DNA of 64,000 nt from Candidatus Sulfotelmatobacter sp. (lineage in GTDB: Bacteria > Acidobacteriota > Terriglobia > Terriglobales > Acidobacteriaceae): assembly GCA_030039165.1 (NCBI GenBank), contig JASHQM010000040.1, positions 24,522 through 88,521 on the forward strand, read 5' to 3'. Positions 17,108-26,426 of this stretch are shown here, in pieces. Position numbers and translations under genes: made by a program. The stretch's first letter is position 1, and every line of letters starts with the position of its first letter. Below the pieces are notes generated by a model. The model worked only from the letters and a program-made list of their open reading frames with translations. It was not told the origin of the DNA and made no database searches.

Positions 17108-20100
17108 TCACTGCTGCATCTCGACGGCAATCGGGCTAAACAACGTCGGCGCGGTGACGGAAGATTCACGATGGACACTCGACTGATCGAGAGCCCGCGC
17201 CAGTTCTTCGCCCAGAAATCTGACCTGAGGCTCTTTCAACAAACTCAGGTGATCCCCGCTAATCTCGCGCAGATCGACTCCGCCCGCGGCCATGCGCCAC
17301 CAGATCGCATAGGGATCATCGAGGCTGCCGGCCGATTTTTCCTTCACTCGAAACAATGTCACGACGCCATCGTAAGGCTGAACATCGTACCCGGCGGCGG
17401 CTTTCGCGCAGGCCCGCTGCACCGCCCGCAGCGGCTTCGGCAGCATTTGCAACTCGATCCGCTTGCCCAGCGTCATCAGCACAAAGCCGCCCTTCTTAAT
17501 CAGGAACGTGGCGGCTTCTTTAAATGGCAGCTTTCTCAGATTGCGCAGCGCCGAAACTCGCGATTCCATCTTGCCGGGATAAGTATCGAACAGCGCGAGC
17601 AGGCTGACTTCCTCATCCTTCGCCTTCAACTTCTGTGCCATTTCGTAGGCCACCAGCCCGCCGAAGGAATATCCGCCAATCCGGTACGGGCCTTGCGGCT
17701 GCACGCGGCGAATTTCCTGGATATACCGTTCGGCCATCTCATGGATGCTGGCCAAGCACGGACGCTTGCCGTCGAGACCCTGCGGCTGAAGCGCATAAAA
17801 TGGCTGATCTTCACCCGTATGCCGCGCCAGATCGCGAAACCCGACCACGTTCCCGCCAACGCCATGGACGCAGAAAAACGGTGTGCGCGACCCCTCGGAC
17901 TGGATTGCCACCAACGACGACCACGAAGCCGAGCCGCCTTCCTGCCGTAGTTGTGTTGCGAGCTGTTCGATTGTCGGAGCTTGTAACAATACCGCCAGTG
18001 GCAGGCGTTGGCCGAATGTCTGCTCGATGCGGTGCATCAGGCGCGCGGCCAGCAAGGAATGCCCGCCCAGATCGAAAAAATTGTCGCGGGTGCCGACCCT
18101 GTCCTTGCCCAGAACCATCGCCCAGATTTTCGCGAGCTGAGCTTCAAGTTCGTCCTTCGGTGCGACATATTCGTTGGGCTCGGTGAAATCGCCCGTCCGC
18201 GGCGCCGGCATGTTGCGGCGATCGACCTTGCCGTTGGGCGTCTTGGGCATGGCTTCGAGCAATACGAAGGCCGCAGGCACCATGTAATGGGGAAGTTTCT
18301 GTTTCAGATAAGTACGTAGTTCGCTGCCGGTAGGTGTCTGATCACGGGAGGGGACAACATAAGCCACAAGAGTCTTCTCGCCCTTCTCTTCCCGCGCAAT
18401 GACCGCAACCTCGCGTGTGCCTGAGTGCGATCCCAGCACCGACTCGATTTCCTTAAGCTCGACGCGGTATCCGCGAATTTTTACCTGGTCGTCGGTGCGA
18501 CCGGCAAATTCGATGTCGCCGTTGGCCAGATATCTTGCCCGGTCGCCGGTCTTGTACATGCGCGCGTTCGGCTCAGGGCTGAAGGAATCCTTTATAAACT
18601 TTTCAGCCGTGATCTCCGGACGATCGTGGTAGCCACGCGCCAATCCGGGGCCGGAGACGTAAAGATCGCCGGCAATGCCGATAGGCAGTTGTTGCAATTG
18701 CTCATCGAGAATATAGATCTTCGTGTTGGCGATAGGACGGCCAATGGGCAGCGTAGCCGGGATTTCTTCCCAGTCCTTTGGCTCATGGGCAGTCACGATC
18801 ACGCTGGTCTCCGTGGGGCCATACGTATTCACCCAGCGCACCCCTGATTTCGCCAGCGTGTGCCACGCGGCCAAAACAGTTAACGACGCTTTTTCACCGC
18901 CCACAATAACCATACGCAGGCTTTCGGGCAAACCGCGCGTCGGATCAGAAGCTGCGGCTTCAGAGAGCTCGCCAACCAGTTCGTGCCAATATGCCGTGGG
19001 AAGATCGAGGACGGTCACCTGCCGCTCGCTCACCCAGCGCAGGAAATCGCTAATGGCAAGCGATGCGTCCTCCTCGCGAATCACGAGCGCGCCGCCGGAA
19101 ATCCAGGTGGGAAAAATCTCTTCAATAGCAATGTCGAACGAAATCGACGCGAACTGCGCCATGCGGTCGGCTGGAGTCAGTCCGTAAAGCTTCACCGCCG
19201 CGCAGCTGTGGTTGACCAGGCCAAGATGGTTGAGCAGCACGCCCCGCGGCTTGCCGGTCGAACCCGAGGTGTAGATCACGTACGCCAGATTTTCCGGCGT
19301 GACTCCGCTCGTGACTGCATCAGGATTTTCGCCGGCGAATGTCTTCCAGGTGGCATCGAGCGCGATCACTTCCGCATCGAAATCTGTGACCTCGGCGAGC
19401 AGTCCTGGTTGCGTGAGCAGAACCGTGGTCTGAGAATCCTCCAGCATGTACGCGAGGCGTGCTTTCGGATATGCAGGATCGAGTGGTACACAAGCAGCGC
19501 CCGCCTTAAGCACGGCCAGCAGAGTCACGGGCAGTTCCAGCGATCGCCGCAGGCAAATCCCGACTTTCGATTCTGGCCCGACTCCGCGTTTTCTCAAGAA
19601 GTGCGCCAGTTGATTGGCGCGGCGATCAAGCTCGCGATACGTGAGCCTCTGATCGCCATGCTCGACCGCTATCGCGCCGGGTGTTCGCGCCACCTGCGCT
19701 TCCACCAGTTCGTGAATGCAACGCTGATTTGGAAATTCGGTTTCCGTCCTGTTCCATTGCTCAACTTGCTGTTTTTCCGCCGCTGTCAGCATGGGCAAGC
19801 GCGAAATTTTCTTGTCGGGGTCGGCGACGATCGCTTCCAGCATCATTTCGAGATGCCCTGCCATGCGCAACATCGTCGCAGCGTCAAACAGGTCGGTACT
19901 GTAAACGAATCGGCCCAGTAACCCCTCGGGACGGTCGTCGAGCTCCAGGTCAAGATCGAACTTGGCCGTTCCGATCTCCAGGTCCAGCTGGTTTAAATCC
20001 CAGCCGGCTTCGAATTTCGGCGTCGGCGGCACCAGCGAGAACATTACTGGGAATAGCGGGTTGCGGCTCGTGTCGCGACGAACGGACAGTTCTTCCACCA

Positions 20101-22612
20101 GTCTTTCGAATGGCGCATCGTCATGCGAGAGCGCCTCCAAGGTCACTTCGCGCGTGTGAGCCAGAAACTCGCGAAAAGTCGGATCACCCGGGAAGTTCAA
20201 GCGCAACGCCAGCGGATTCTGAAAGCATCCCAGCAACTTCTCCAGTTCCGAGCGCTTGCGTCCGGAGGTAACCGTACCTACGATGAAATCCTGCTGCCCG
20301 CTGTAGCGGCGAAGCAGCGCCGCAAACCCCGCCAGGACAATCGTGAAGAAGCTGGTGTTTTCTTCCGACGCGAGCTCGTGCAGGCGTTCGGAAAGGCTAT
20401 GAGAAAACGCGAAGCGCTGCATGGCTCCGCGAAAGCTCTGCATGGCGGGCCGTGGACGGTCGGTGGGCAAGTCTAGAACCGGCAGCTCTCCATCCAGCTG
20501 TTGAGACCAGTAAGCCCGTGATGCATTTAACTGTTCGCTGGCCAGCGTCTCACGCCGCCAGCGTGCGAACTCGGGATATTGCAGCGGCAGTTCCGCAAGC
20601 GGCGATGTTTCACCGGCAAGGAATGCATTGTAAACAGTCACGAGTTCCGGCAGAAAGACGCGATAAATCGAGAACCCGTCGAAAATAATGTGATGGAGGA
20701 ACAGATAAAGCCGGTACTCTTCCTCATCCAGCCGCACCAGCATTGCGCGCAGCAGCGGGCCATTTTCCATGTCGAATGGCTCCCTGGCTTTTTCCTGAGC
20801 CATGCGAAGAGCCTCTGCTTCCCTCCGCTCGAGCGGCAACTGCCGCAGATCGGCCGCCGCAATGCCCATCTCGTACGGCTGCCGCACGATCTGCATAGGT
20901 TGCCCGTCGATCACGCAGAAAGTCGTGCGCCAGGCTTCGTGCCGGCGGATGATTTCGGCCAGGGCGCGCTCCAGCACGGCGAGGTCAAGTGGCCCGCGGC
21001 GATATACGGTTACCGACTCGTTATACAAATCCTTCGCGAACTGGCCGTGCAGCCAGATTTGTTGCTGCGCGAAGGATAGCGGTGCCGGTCCGCGATCGGT
21101 GTGCGTGGAGGGCGTAGTGGTTCTTTCCGCCGATCGCGCCTGAAGATATTTTCGAATCAACTCTTGTTTCGCATCGGTCCCCGCATCTGTCGCGGGTACG
21201 ACGTTTTCACTCTTTTCCTTTGCGCTGGAGTGAAGCGAGCCAAATGGACAGCCTCCCGGCGCAGCGGTTGCAGCTGCGGCATCCATCCGCTTCGCCGGTG
21301 CGCTGGACAATGCGACGGCGGATTTTCCGGCCAGCTTGACCTTCAGTGATTTCAGCCCGCGCAGCCCAAGGTTCGATCTCCACTCGATCGCCTGCGGCTC
21401 CAGCTTAATCTCGCGGAAACGCCGCAGCAAAGACTCGAAGACCACCTGCCCTTCCACGCGCGCCAGCGGAGCCCCAAAGCAGAAATGCGCCGCGTAGCCG
21501 AAAGCCATGTGGCGATTGTCTTTACGTGTAATGTCGAAGCGGTCGGGATCGGGAAAGCGCTCGGGATCGCGATTGGCGGCAGCCATCACGGCGATCACCG
21601 CCTGCCGCTTGTGAATCAGCTTTCCGCCCATTTCGCGCTCGGATGGGCAGATGCGCGCCGTGTGCTGGCTGGGGCTTTCGTAGCGCAGCATTTCCTCGAC
21701 GGCCGATGGAATCAGCGATAAATCAGCCCGCAGCTTTTCCATCTCCGCAGGATTGCGAAACAGAGTCAGTAGGCCGTTTCCAATCAGATTCGTGGTCGTC
21801 TCCTGCCCACCGACCATGGTGACAATGCAGTTGGCGATGACTTCTTCTTCCGTCAGCCGGTCGCCGTCAATTTCAGCGGTCATCAGCGAGTGGATCAACC
21901 CCGGCCGCGGATGCTCGCGCTCTGCGCGGATGGCATTCTGGAAATACTCCACCAGGTTCTCGACCGCTTTCAACACCCGAGGATAACGCTCGGGATTGTG
22001 CTGGAAGTTGCCCAGCATCTCGGCGAAATCCGCCGACCACGTTTTCAGTTTGAAATGATCTTCGGTTGGAACGCCGAGCATTTCTGCAGTAACGATTGCG
22101 GGCAGCGGCTCGGCTAAATCAGCGATGGCATCCATTTCGCCGCGCTTCTCAATGCCATCGAGCAAGTGGTTGACGATGTCCTGAATGTGATCGCGCAGTT
22201 CCTCAACCCGGGCCGGCGTGAAAGCCTTCGATGCTAACCCGCGCAGACGCGTGTGCGCAGGCGCATCCATGAATAACATCTGCTTCACCATCACTTGGGC
22301 AATCGGGCCCAGCGACGAGAGTCCCATCTCATCGAGTTGCGCAGGCGTGGGCGTGCGATCGGCGGAAAAGTTCAGCAGAACTTCCATCACATCGGAATAG
22401 CGTGTCACCACCCAGGCGTGCAGGAACGGATCCCAATGCACTGGATCTTCCGAGCGCAGGCGGTGAAACAACGGATAGGGATTGGCCAGCACCTCGGGGT
22501 CGAGGAGGTGATAGAGGCTCAGCGCCGCGTCCCGGTTTTCCAGACGTGGTGGAGTTTTTGTGCTATTGGACACTGCTGGCGTGGTCTCCAGAAAAGCGGG
22601 CTTGGGCGGCAA
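17108..22612 (-). CDS. non-ribosomal peptide synthetase, domain order cytochrome P450 - C - A - T - TE
   Basis: 1834 aa. P450 (aa 1-~430): I-helix MVGGQETTTN, ExxR EEMLRYESP, heme loop FGYAAHFCFGAPLA (Cys378 = nt 21479-21481). Then a ~80-aa Ala/Ser/Thr-rich linker. C domain HHIIFDGFS (nt 20678-20695). A domain LAYVIYTSGSTGKPRGV, YKTGDRARY, GRTDDQVKIRGYRVEL, PNGKVDRR. T domain FFDLGGHSLL (Ser1519 = nt 18056-18058). TE domain GYSFGG (Ser1649 = nt 17666-17668) and GDH. First in-frame start is TTG 22612; GTG 22576 is an alternative. Confidence 0.95.
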   Translation of the reverse strand: MPPKPAFLETTPAVSNSTKTPPRLENRDAALSLYHLLDPEVLANPYPLFHRLRSEDPVHWDPFLHAWVVTRYSDVMEVLLNFSADRTPTPAQLDEMGLSSLGPIAQVMVKQMLFMDAPAHTRLRGLASKAFTPARVEELRDHIQDIVNHLLDGIEKRGEMDAIADLAEPLPAIVTAEMLGVPTEDHFKLKTWSADFAEMLGNFQHNPERYPRVLKAVENLVEYFQNAIRAEREHPRPGLIHSLMTAEIDGDRLTEEEVIANCIVTMVGGQETTTNLIGNGLLTLFRNPAEMEKLRADLSLIPSAVEEMLRYESPSQHTARICPSEREMGGKLIHKRQAVIAVMAAANRDPERFPDPDRFDITRKDNRHMAFGYAAHFCFGAPLARVEGQVVFESLLRRFREIKLEPQAIEWRSNLGLRGLKSLKVKLAGKSAVALSSAPAKRMDAAAATAAPGGCPFGSLHSSAKEKSENVVPATDAGTDAKQELIRKYLQARSAERTTTPSTHTDRGPAPLSFAQQQIWLHGQFAKDLYNESVTVYRRGPLDLAVLERALAEIIRRHEAWRTTFCVIDGQPMQIVRQPYEMGIAAADLRQLPLERREAEALRMAQEKAREPFDMENGPLLRAMLVRLDEEEYRLYLFLHHIIFDGFSIYRVFLPELVTVYNAFLAGETSPLAELPLQYPEFARWRRETLASEQLNASRAYWSQQLDGELPVLDLPTDRPRPAMQSFRGAMQRFAFSHSLSERLHELASEENTSFFTIVLAGFAALLRRYSGQQDFIVGTVTSGRKRSELEKLLGCFQNPLALRLNFPGDPTFREFLAHTREVTLEALSHDDAPFERLVEELSVRRDTSRNPLFPVMFSLVPPTPKFEAGWDLNQLDLEIGTAKFDLDLELDDRPEGLLGRFVYSTDLFDAATMLRMAGHLEMMLEAIVADPDKKISRLPMLTAAEKQQVEQWNRTETEFPNQRCIHELVEAQVARTPGAIAVEHGDQRLTYRELDRRANQLAHFLRKRGVGPESKVGICLRRSLELPVTLLAVLKAGAACVPLDPAYPKARLAYMLEDSQTTVLLTQPGLLAEVTDFDAEVIALDATWKTFAGENPDAVTSGVTPENLAYVIYTSGSTGKPRGVLLNHLGLVNHSCAAVKLYGLTPADRMAQFASISFDIAIEEIFPTWISGGALVIREEDASLAISDFLRWVSERQVTVLDLPTAYWHELVGELSEAAASDPTRGLPESLRMVIVGGEKASLTVLAAWHTLAKSGVRWVNTYGPTETSVIVTAHEPKDWEEIPATLPIGRPIANTKIYILDEQLQQLPIGIAGDLYVSGPGLARGYHDRPEITAEKFIKDSFSPEPNARMYKTGDRARYLANGDIEFAGRTDDQVKIRGYRVELKEIESVLGSHSGTREVAVIAREEKGEKTLVAYVVPSRDQTPTGSELRTYLKQKLPHYMVPAAFVLLEAMPKTPNGKVDRRNMPAPRTGDFTEPNEYVAPKDELEAQLAKIWAMVLGKDRVGTRDNFFDLGGHSLLAARLMHRIEQTFGQRLPLAVLLQAPTIEQLATQLRQEGGSASWSSLVAIQSEGSRTPFFCVHGVGGNVVGFRDLARHTGEDQPFYALQPQGLDGKRPCLASIHEMAERYIQEIRRVQPQGPYRIGGYSFGGLVAYEMAQKLKAKDEEVSLLALFDTYPGKMESRVSALRNLRKLPFKEAATFLIKKGGFVLMTLGKRIELQMLPKPLRAVQRACAKAAAGYDVQPYDGVVTLFRVKEKSAGSLDDPYAIWWRMAAGGVDLREISGDHLSLLKEPQVRFLGEELARALDQSSVHRESSVTAPTLFSPIAVEMQQ

Positions 22613-24434
22613 CTTTGGCGAGGATGAGTTCCTCGATCTGCGAAGACATTTCAGCCACGGTAGGATGGTCGAACAGTTTAAGCAGAGTCAGCTCGACTCC
22701 GAAGGTTTCGCCGACGCGGGCGATCAACTGTGTCCCCAGCAGCGAATGGCCGCCGAGGAGGAAGAAGTTATCGTTAACTCCGACGCGCTCAAGTTTGAGC
22801 AAGGGAGCCAGAATCCTGACCAGTTGTTCTTCAACCGGCGTCCGGGCCTCGACGTAAGCCGCAGAGTTGCGCTTGCCATTCGGACTGGGCAGCGCCGCCC
22901 GATCGACCTTCCCATTGGCCGTCACGGGAATGCTGTCAATGGGAACAAACTGCGCCGGCACCATGTAATCGGGCAGGCTTTTGCGCACGTGATCGCGGAG
23001 TTCGTTCGCCTTTACCTTCGCGCCCGCAGCGGGTACCACGTAAGCGATCAATTCCTTTTCGCCAGGCGTATCTTCTTTGGCTATCACGATGCTGGCCCGC
23101 ACCGAAGCATGCTGATTCAAGACAACGGCGACCTCGCCCGGTTCGACGCGATAGCCGCGAATCTTGACTTGCTCATCGACACGGCCGAGAAATGCAATCT
23201 GGCCATCAGGCAGGCGCTTGCCCAGATCTCCGGTGCGATACATCCGCGCATTGGGTTCAGCGCTGAAGGGATTAGGACTAAATCTCTCCGAAGTTAAGTC
23301 GGGCCGATTGCGGTATCCGCGCGCCAGACCCGCGCCGCCGATATATATTTCACCGACTGTTCCTTCCCGGACGGGCCGTCGGTGATCGTCCAACAAGTAA
23401 ACTTGCACGTTGTCGATCTCCCGGCCGATCGAGGGTTGCTGCCCCGCCGAACTGTTTGGAGAAATCACTCCCGAGGTAGCAACTACCGTCGCTTCCGTTG
23501 GACCATAGTTATTGACCAACGCGAACGGCAGCCATGGCGAAGGATATGTTTTTAGCGTATCGGCGCCGGTGAGCAGGAATCGCAGAGATGTTTGCTTCGG
23601 CCATTCCATCTGCATGAGGCTTTCGGCGATGGGCGTGGCGGCAAAAGAAATAGTGATATGGTTCTCAATGATCCAATCTCGTAGCGTTTTTGTGTCATTG
23701 CGCACGGCATCGTCGGCGAGATGCACGCTCGCGCCACATGTCAGATATGGCCACAACTCCCAAACCGCGGCATCGAATCCCAGCGCCGCCGTGTGGCTGG
23801 CGCGGTCCGCCGAAGTGACTTGAAATGCGCGTTGGTGCCAATCGACGAGATTCACCAACCCAGCATGAGTAAGTTCTACACCCTTGGGCTGGCCGGTCGA
23901 GCCGGACGTATAAATAATGTAGGCAATGTCCCTCGGCATGGCGCCGTTTTCGGGCTGCGCATCGGGCTGGGCAGCGATTTTGGCCGCATCGGCGTCGACG
24001 GTCACAACCTGCCACGAAGCGGCGGCAAGCTTTTCAGTCAACTTCGTTGTGCTGACTACGACGCGGGCATCGGCATCGCGCAGCATAAAAGCAAGTCGCG
24101 TCACTGGCTGCGCGGGATCGAGCGGAATGTAGGCGCCGCCGGCTTTCAGAATCGCCAGAGCGGCAATTACCATGTCGGGAGTGCGTTCGAGATACAGGCC
24201 GACGGGCACATCTCGCGCAACGCCGAGCGTGCGCAGATAATTCGCCAGGCGATTGGCGCGGCGGTTCAATTCCTCATAAGAGATGATCTTCTCTCCCCGC
24301 GAAACAGCCGCAGCGGCTGGCTTAGCCTTTGCCTGGCGCGCCACGCGTTCGTGCACGCAGAGACACTCCTGGGCGGTCGCCGGATTCGACTCGTTCATCT
24401 CCATTCGAAGATCCAAGGCCTTGGAAGAGTGCAT
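22563..24434 (-). CDS. non-ribosomal peptide synthetase loading didomain (A - T)
   Basis: 623 aa. IAYIIYTSGSTGQPKGV, NNYGPTE, YRTGDLGKR, GRVDEQVKIRGYRVEPGEV, ANGKVDR. T domain FFLLGGHSLL (Ser564 = nt 22743-22745). No C, E or TE domain. Confidence 0.95.
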   Translation of the reverse strand: MHSSKALDLRMEMNESNPATAQECLCVHERVARQAKAKPAAAAVSRGEKIISYEELNRRANRLANYLRTLGVARDVPVGLYLERTPDMVIAALAILKAGGAYIPLDPAQPVTRLAFMLRDADARVVVSTTKLTEKLAAASWQVVTVDADAAKIAAQPDAQPENGAMPRDIAYIIYTSGSTGQPKGVELTHAGLVNLVDWHQRAFQVTSADRASHTAALGFDAAVWELWPYLTCGASVHLADDAVRNDTKTLRDWIIENHITISFAATPIAESLMQMEWPKQTSLRFLLTGADTLKTYPSPWLPFALVNNYGPTEATVVATSGVISPNSSAGQQPSIGREIDNVQVYLLDDHRRPVREGTVGEIYIGGAGLARGYRNRPDLTSERFSPNPFSAEPNARMYRTGDLGKRLPDGQIAFLGRVDEQVKIRGYRVEPGEVAVVLNQHASVRASIVIAKEDTPGEKELIAYVVPAAGAKVKANELRDHVRKSLPDYMVPAQFVPIDSIPVTANGKVDRAALPSPNGKRNSAAYVEARTPVEEQLVRILAPLLKLERVGVNDNFFLLGGHSLLGTQLIARVGETFGVELTLLKLFDHPTVAEMSSQIEELILAKVAAQARFSGDHASSVQ

Positions 24435-24450
24435 GGAAAACTCCGGGCTC

Positions 24451-25902
24451 TTATGCCGCGCCCGAACCTTTCAAAACAGCGGGGACTGTTTTGGCGAGAA
24501 TTTCCAAATCAAGCCACAACGACCACGTCCGTATGTACTGCAAATCCAACTCCATCCATTTTTCGAAAGGAATCGAACTGCGTCCTTTGATTTGCCAGAG
24601 GCAGGTAATGCCCGGGCGCACGCTGAAGCGGCGGCGCTGCCAGTCCTTGCCGAAGGTATCGAACAACTCGTAATCGCGCACCTGAAGCGGACGTGGACCG
24701 ACCAGGCTCATGTCGCCTTTCAGCACGTTGAACAACTGCGGAAGCTCATCGATGCTGGTCTTGCGCAGCAAGCGGCCGACGGCCGTAATCCGCGGATCGT
24801 TCTTGATCTTGAATACCGGCCCGCTCACTTCATTCTGGTGCTCGATTTCCTTCAGCCGCTCTTCGGCATCGATGACCATGGTTCGGAACTTGTAGATGTC
24901 GAACATGCGCTTGTTGCGCCCCAGCCGTTTCTGCACAAAGAAAATCGGACCCAGGCTGCTGAGCTTGACCATGATGGCGGTCAATACCAGGACGGGCGAA
25001 AGCACCACAATCGCCATCGCGGAAACCACAATGTCGATCAGCCGCTTGATCGCCAGGCCCCAGGCGTCGACGATGGTGCTGTCGTGTCCAATTAGCAGCT
25101 CGTCCTCATGCCCGAAATCGTCGGCCCGGTGTTTAGCTTCTTTCAGGTCGAAGATGTTGGGCATGAATCGCACGATGATGCCTTGTTGTTCGCAAGCGGC
25201 TGCAATCCGCGAACCCAGCCCATGGAATGATCGGATAGGTAAAGCTATGACGATTTCATCCACAATGTTCTTGCGCAGGTATGCGGGCAGAGATTCCAGG
25301 TCGCTGACCAGCGAATAGCCCTCTGTCCTGAACCCGTCAAGCCCATTCCACTGTTCATCAGCAAACCCGAGAATCCTGTAACCGAGTTCGGGCCTAGCCT
25401 GAATGCGTTTCACCAGAGAGAGGGCCCTTGAGTTGGTGCCGATGATGAGAAGATTGCGCGCGTTGTGTCCACGCCGCCGGGCGTAAGCAAGAGTGGCGCG
25501 AATCAGCACGCGGCTCAGGATTACCGCTCCGGTGGTCAACAGCCAGAACAGAACCAGGAAGATGCGGTTTACCACCCAAATCTGGAACACCAAGGCCGTG
25601 AGCGCAATTACGAACGTTCCCAGGGTGGTCGCCGCTACGATATCGCGAAATTCATCCCGGCGCCGCGACAAGCGCTTCGACCCATAGAGGCCAAATACAT
25701 TAAAAAGGATGTGCCATACCAGCATGAAGCTGAGGAACAACAACAAATTGCTGAGCTTCACACGCATGGAGAAAAACTCGGTCAGCGTTAGCCTGTGTAC
25801 CCGATGGAACAGCGGCAGGGTCGATACCATGAATGCCGCCACCATCAGCAGCAAGTCGAAAACCTTCATCCCGGTTGAGAAAACCTTGCGGTCAATGCCC
25901 AT
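24451..25902 (-). CDS. polyprenyl-phosphate sugar-phosphate transferase (WbaP/EpsB-type priming glycosyltransferase)
   Basis: N-terminal TM helices, then KRLIDIVVSAMAIVVLSPVLVLTAIMVKLSSLGPIFFVQKRLGRNKRMFDIYKFRTM and DELPQLFNVLKGDMSLVGPRP (bacterial sugar transferase domain). Confidence 0.9.
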   Translation of the reverse strand: MGIDRKVFSTGMKVFDLLLMVAAFMVSTLPLFHRVHRLTLTEFFSMRVKLSNLLLFLSFMLVWHILFNVFGLYGSKRLSRRRDEFRDIVAATTLGTFVIALTALVFQIWVVNRIFLVLFWLLTTGAVILSRVLIRATLAYARRRGHNARNLLIIGTNSRALSLVKRIQARPELGYRILGFADEQWNGLDGFRTEGYSLVSDLESLPAYLRKNIVDEIVIALPIRSFHGLGSRIAAACEQQGIIVRFMPNIFDLKEAKHRADDFGHEDELLIGHDSTIVDAWGLAIKRLIDIVVSAMAIVVLSPVLVLTAIMVKLSSLGPIFFVQKRLGRNKRMFDIYKFRTMVIDAEERLKEIEHQNEVSGPVFKIKNDPRITAVGRLLRKTSIDELPQLFNVLKGDMSLVGPRPLQVRDYELFDTFGKDWQRRRFSVRPGITCLWQIKGRSSIPFEKWMELDLQYIRTWSLWLDLEILAKTVPAVLKGSGAA

Positions 25903-26015
25903 GATTAATCAGTCCTAAGGAACTGCAGAATTTTCCGGGGAAAAGGGGAGAAACTTCTCTGAAACCGACTCAAATGACGAGCAGCCCACCAGCCCGTCAG
26001 TTCAACTGCCGGCCA

Positions 26016-26276
26016 CTACTTCTTTGACTTCGCAATCACCAAGCGTTCAATGGCATCAACGCTTTCCAGGTTATCGTGAGTGATCTCTTCGTCGCCTACG
26101 CGAATCTTGAATGTGTCTTCCAGAAACGCCACCAGTCGGAAAATACCCATGGAATCCATAATGCCGTTCTTGGTCAGGATTTCCTGATCCGTAATCTGAT
26201 TGATGCCCTTGGTTTTGGCGAACTCGTCCAGCACGTACTGGCGAATCTGGTCTTTGGCTTCTGTGGTCTGAATCAT
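26016..26276 (-). CDS. acyl/peptidyl carrier protein
   Basis: 86 aa. Phosphopantetheine site GIMDSMGIFRLVAFLE (DSxG). Good RBS (GGGAG 5 nt upstream of the ATG). Confidence 0.85.
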   Translation of the reverse strand: MIQTTEAKDQIRQYVLDEFAKTKGINQITDQEILTKNGIMDSMGIFRLVAFLEDTFKIRVGDEEITHDNLESVDAIERLVIAKSKK

Positions 26277-26426
26277 GTTCTCCCTCTAAGAGTGTGGTGA
26301 TTGTATTTCGCGAGTGCAAAAAACTGTATGGCCTGTTCGTGTGGTAACTTTCGGTCATCTGAACCATTCGCCGGTCCACAACCGGTTCCAGATCCCATGA
26401 AAAGCCGCACGGAGCTGTGCGCCCGT

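Noticed and set aside
16126-17950. 325-aa and 335-aa plus-strand ORFs
   Set aside because: They are antisense to the Wzx and NRPS TE-domain coding regions. They are Arg/Gln/His-rich with a low-complexity look.
17108-24434. Possibility that the two NRPS genes are one frameshifted megasynthase (pseudogene)
   Set aside because: The A-T protein ends about 45 residues after the T-domain serine, a natural domain boundary. Both ORFs are otherwise intact. I cannot exclude it without orthologs, so it remains a caveat in the overlap finding.
26277-26426. 150-nt gap between the A enzyme and carrier protein genes, checked for an MbtH-like small ORF or a terminator
   Set aside because: There is no plausible ORF. 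The only structure is a 5-bp stem (CGCAC/GTGCG) followed by a short T-run, too weak to call.
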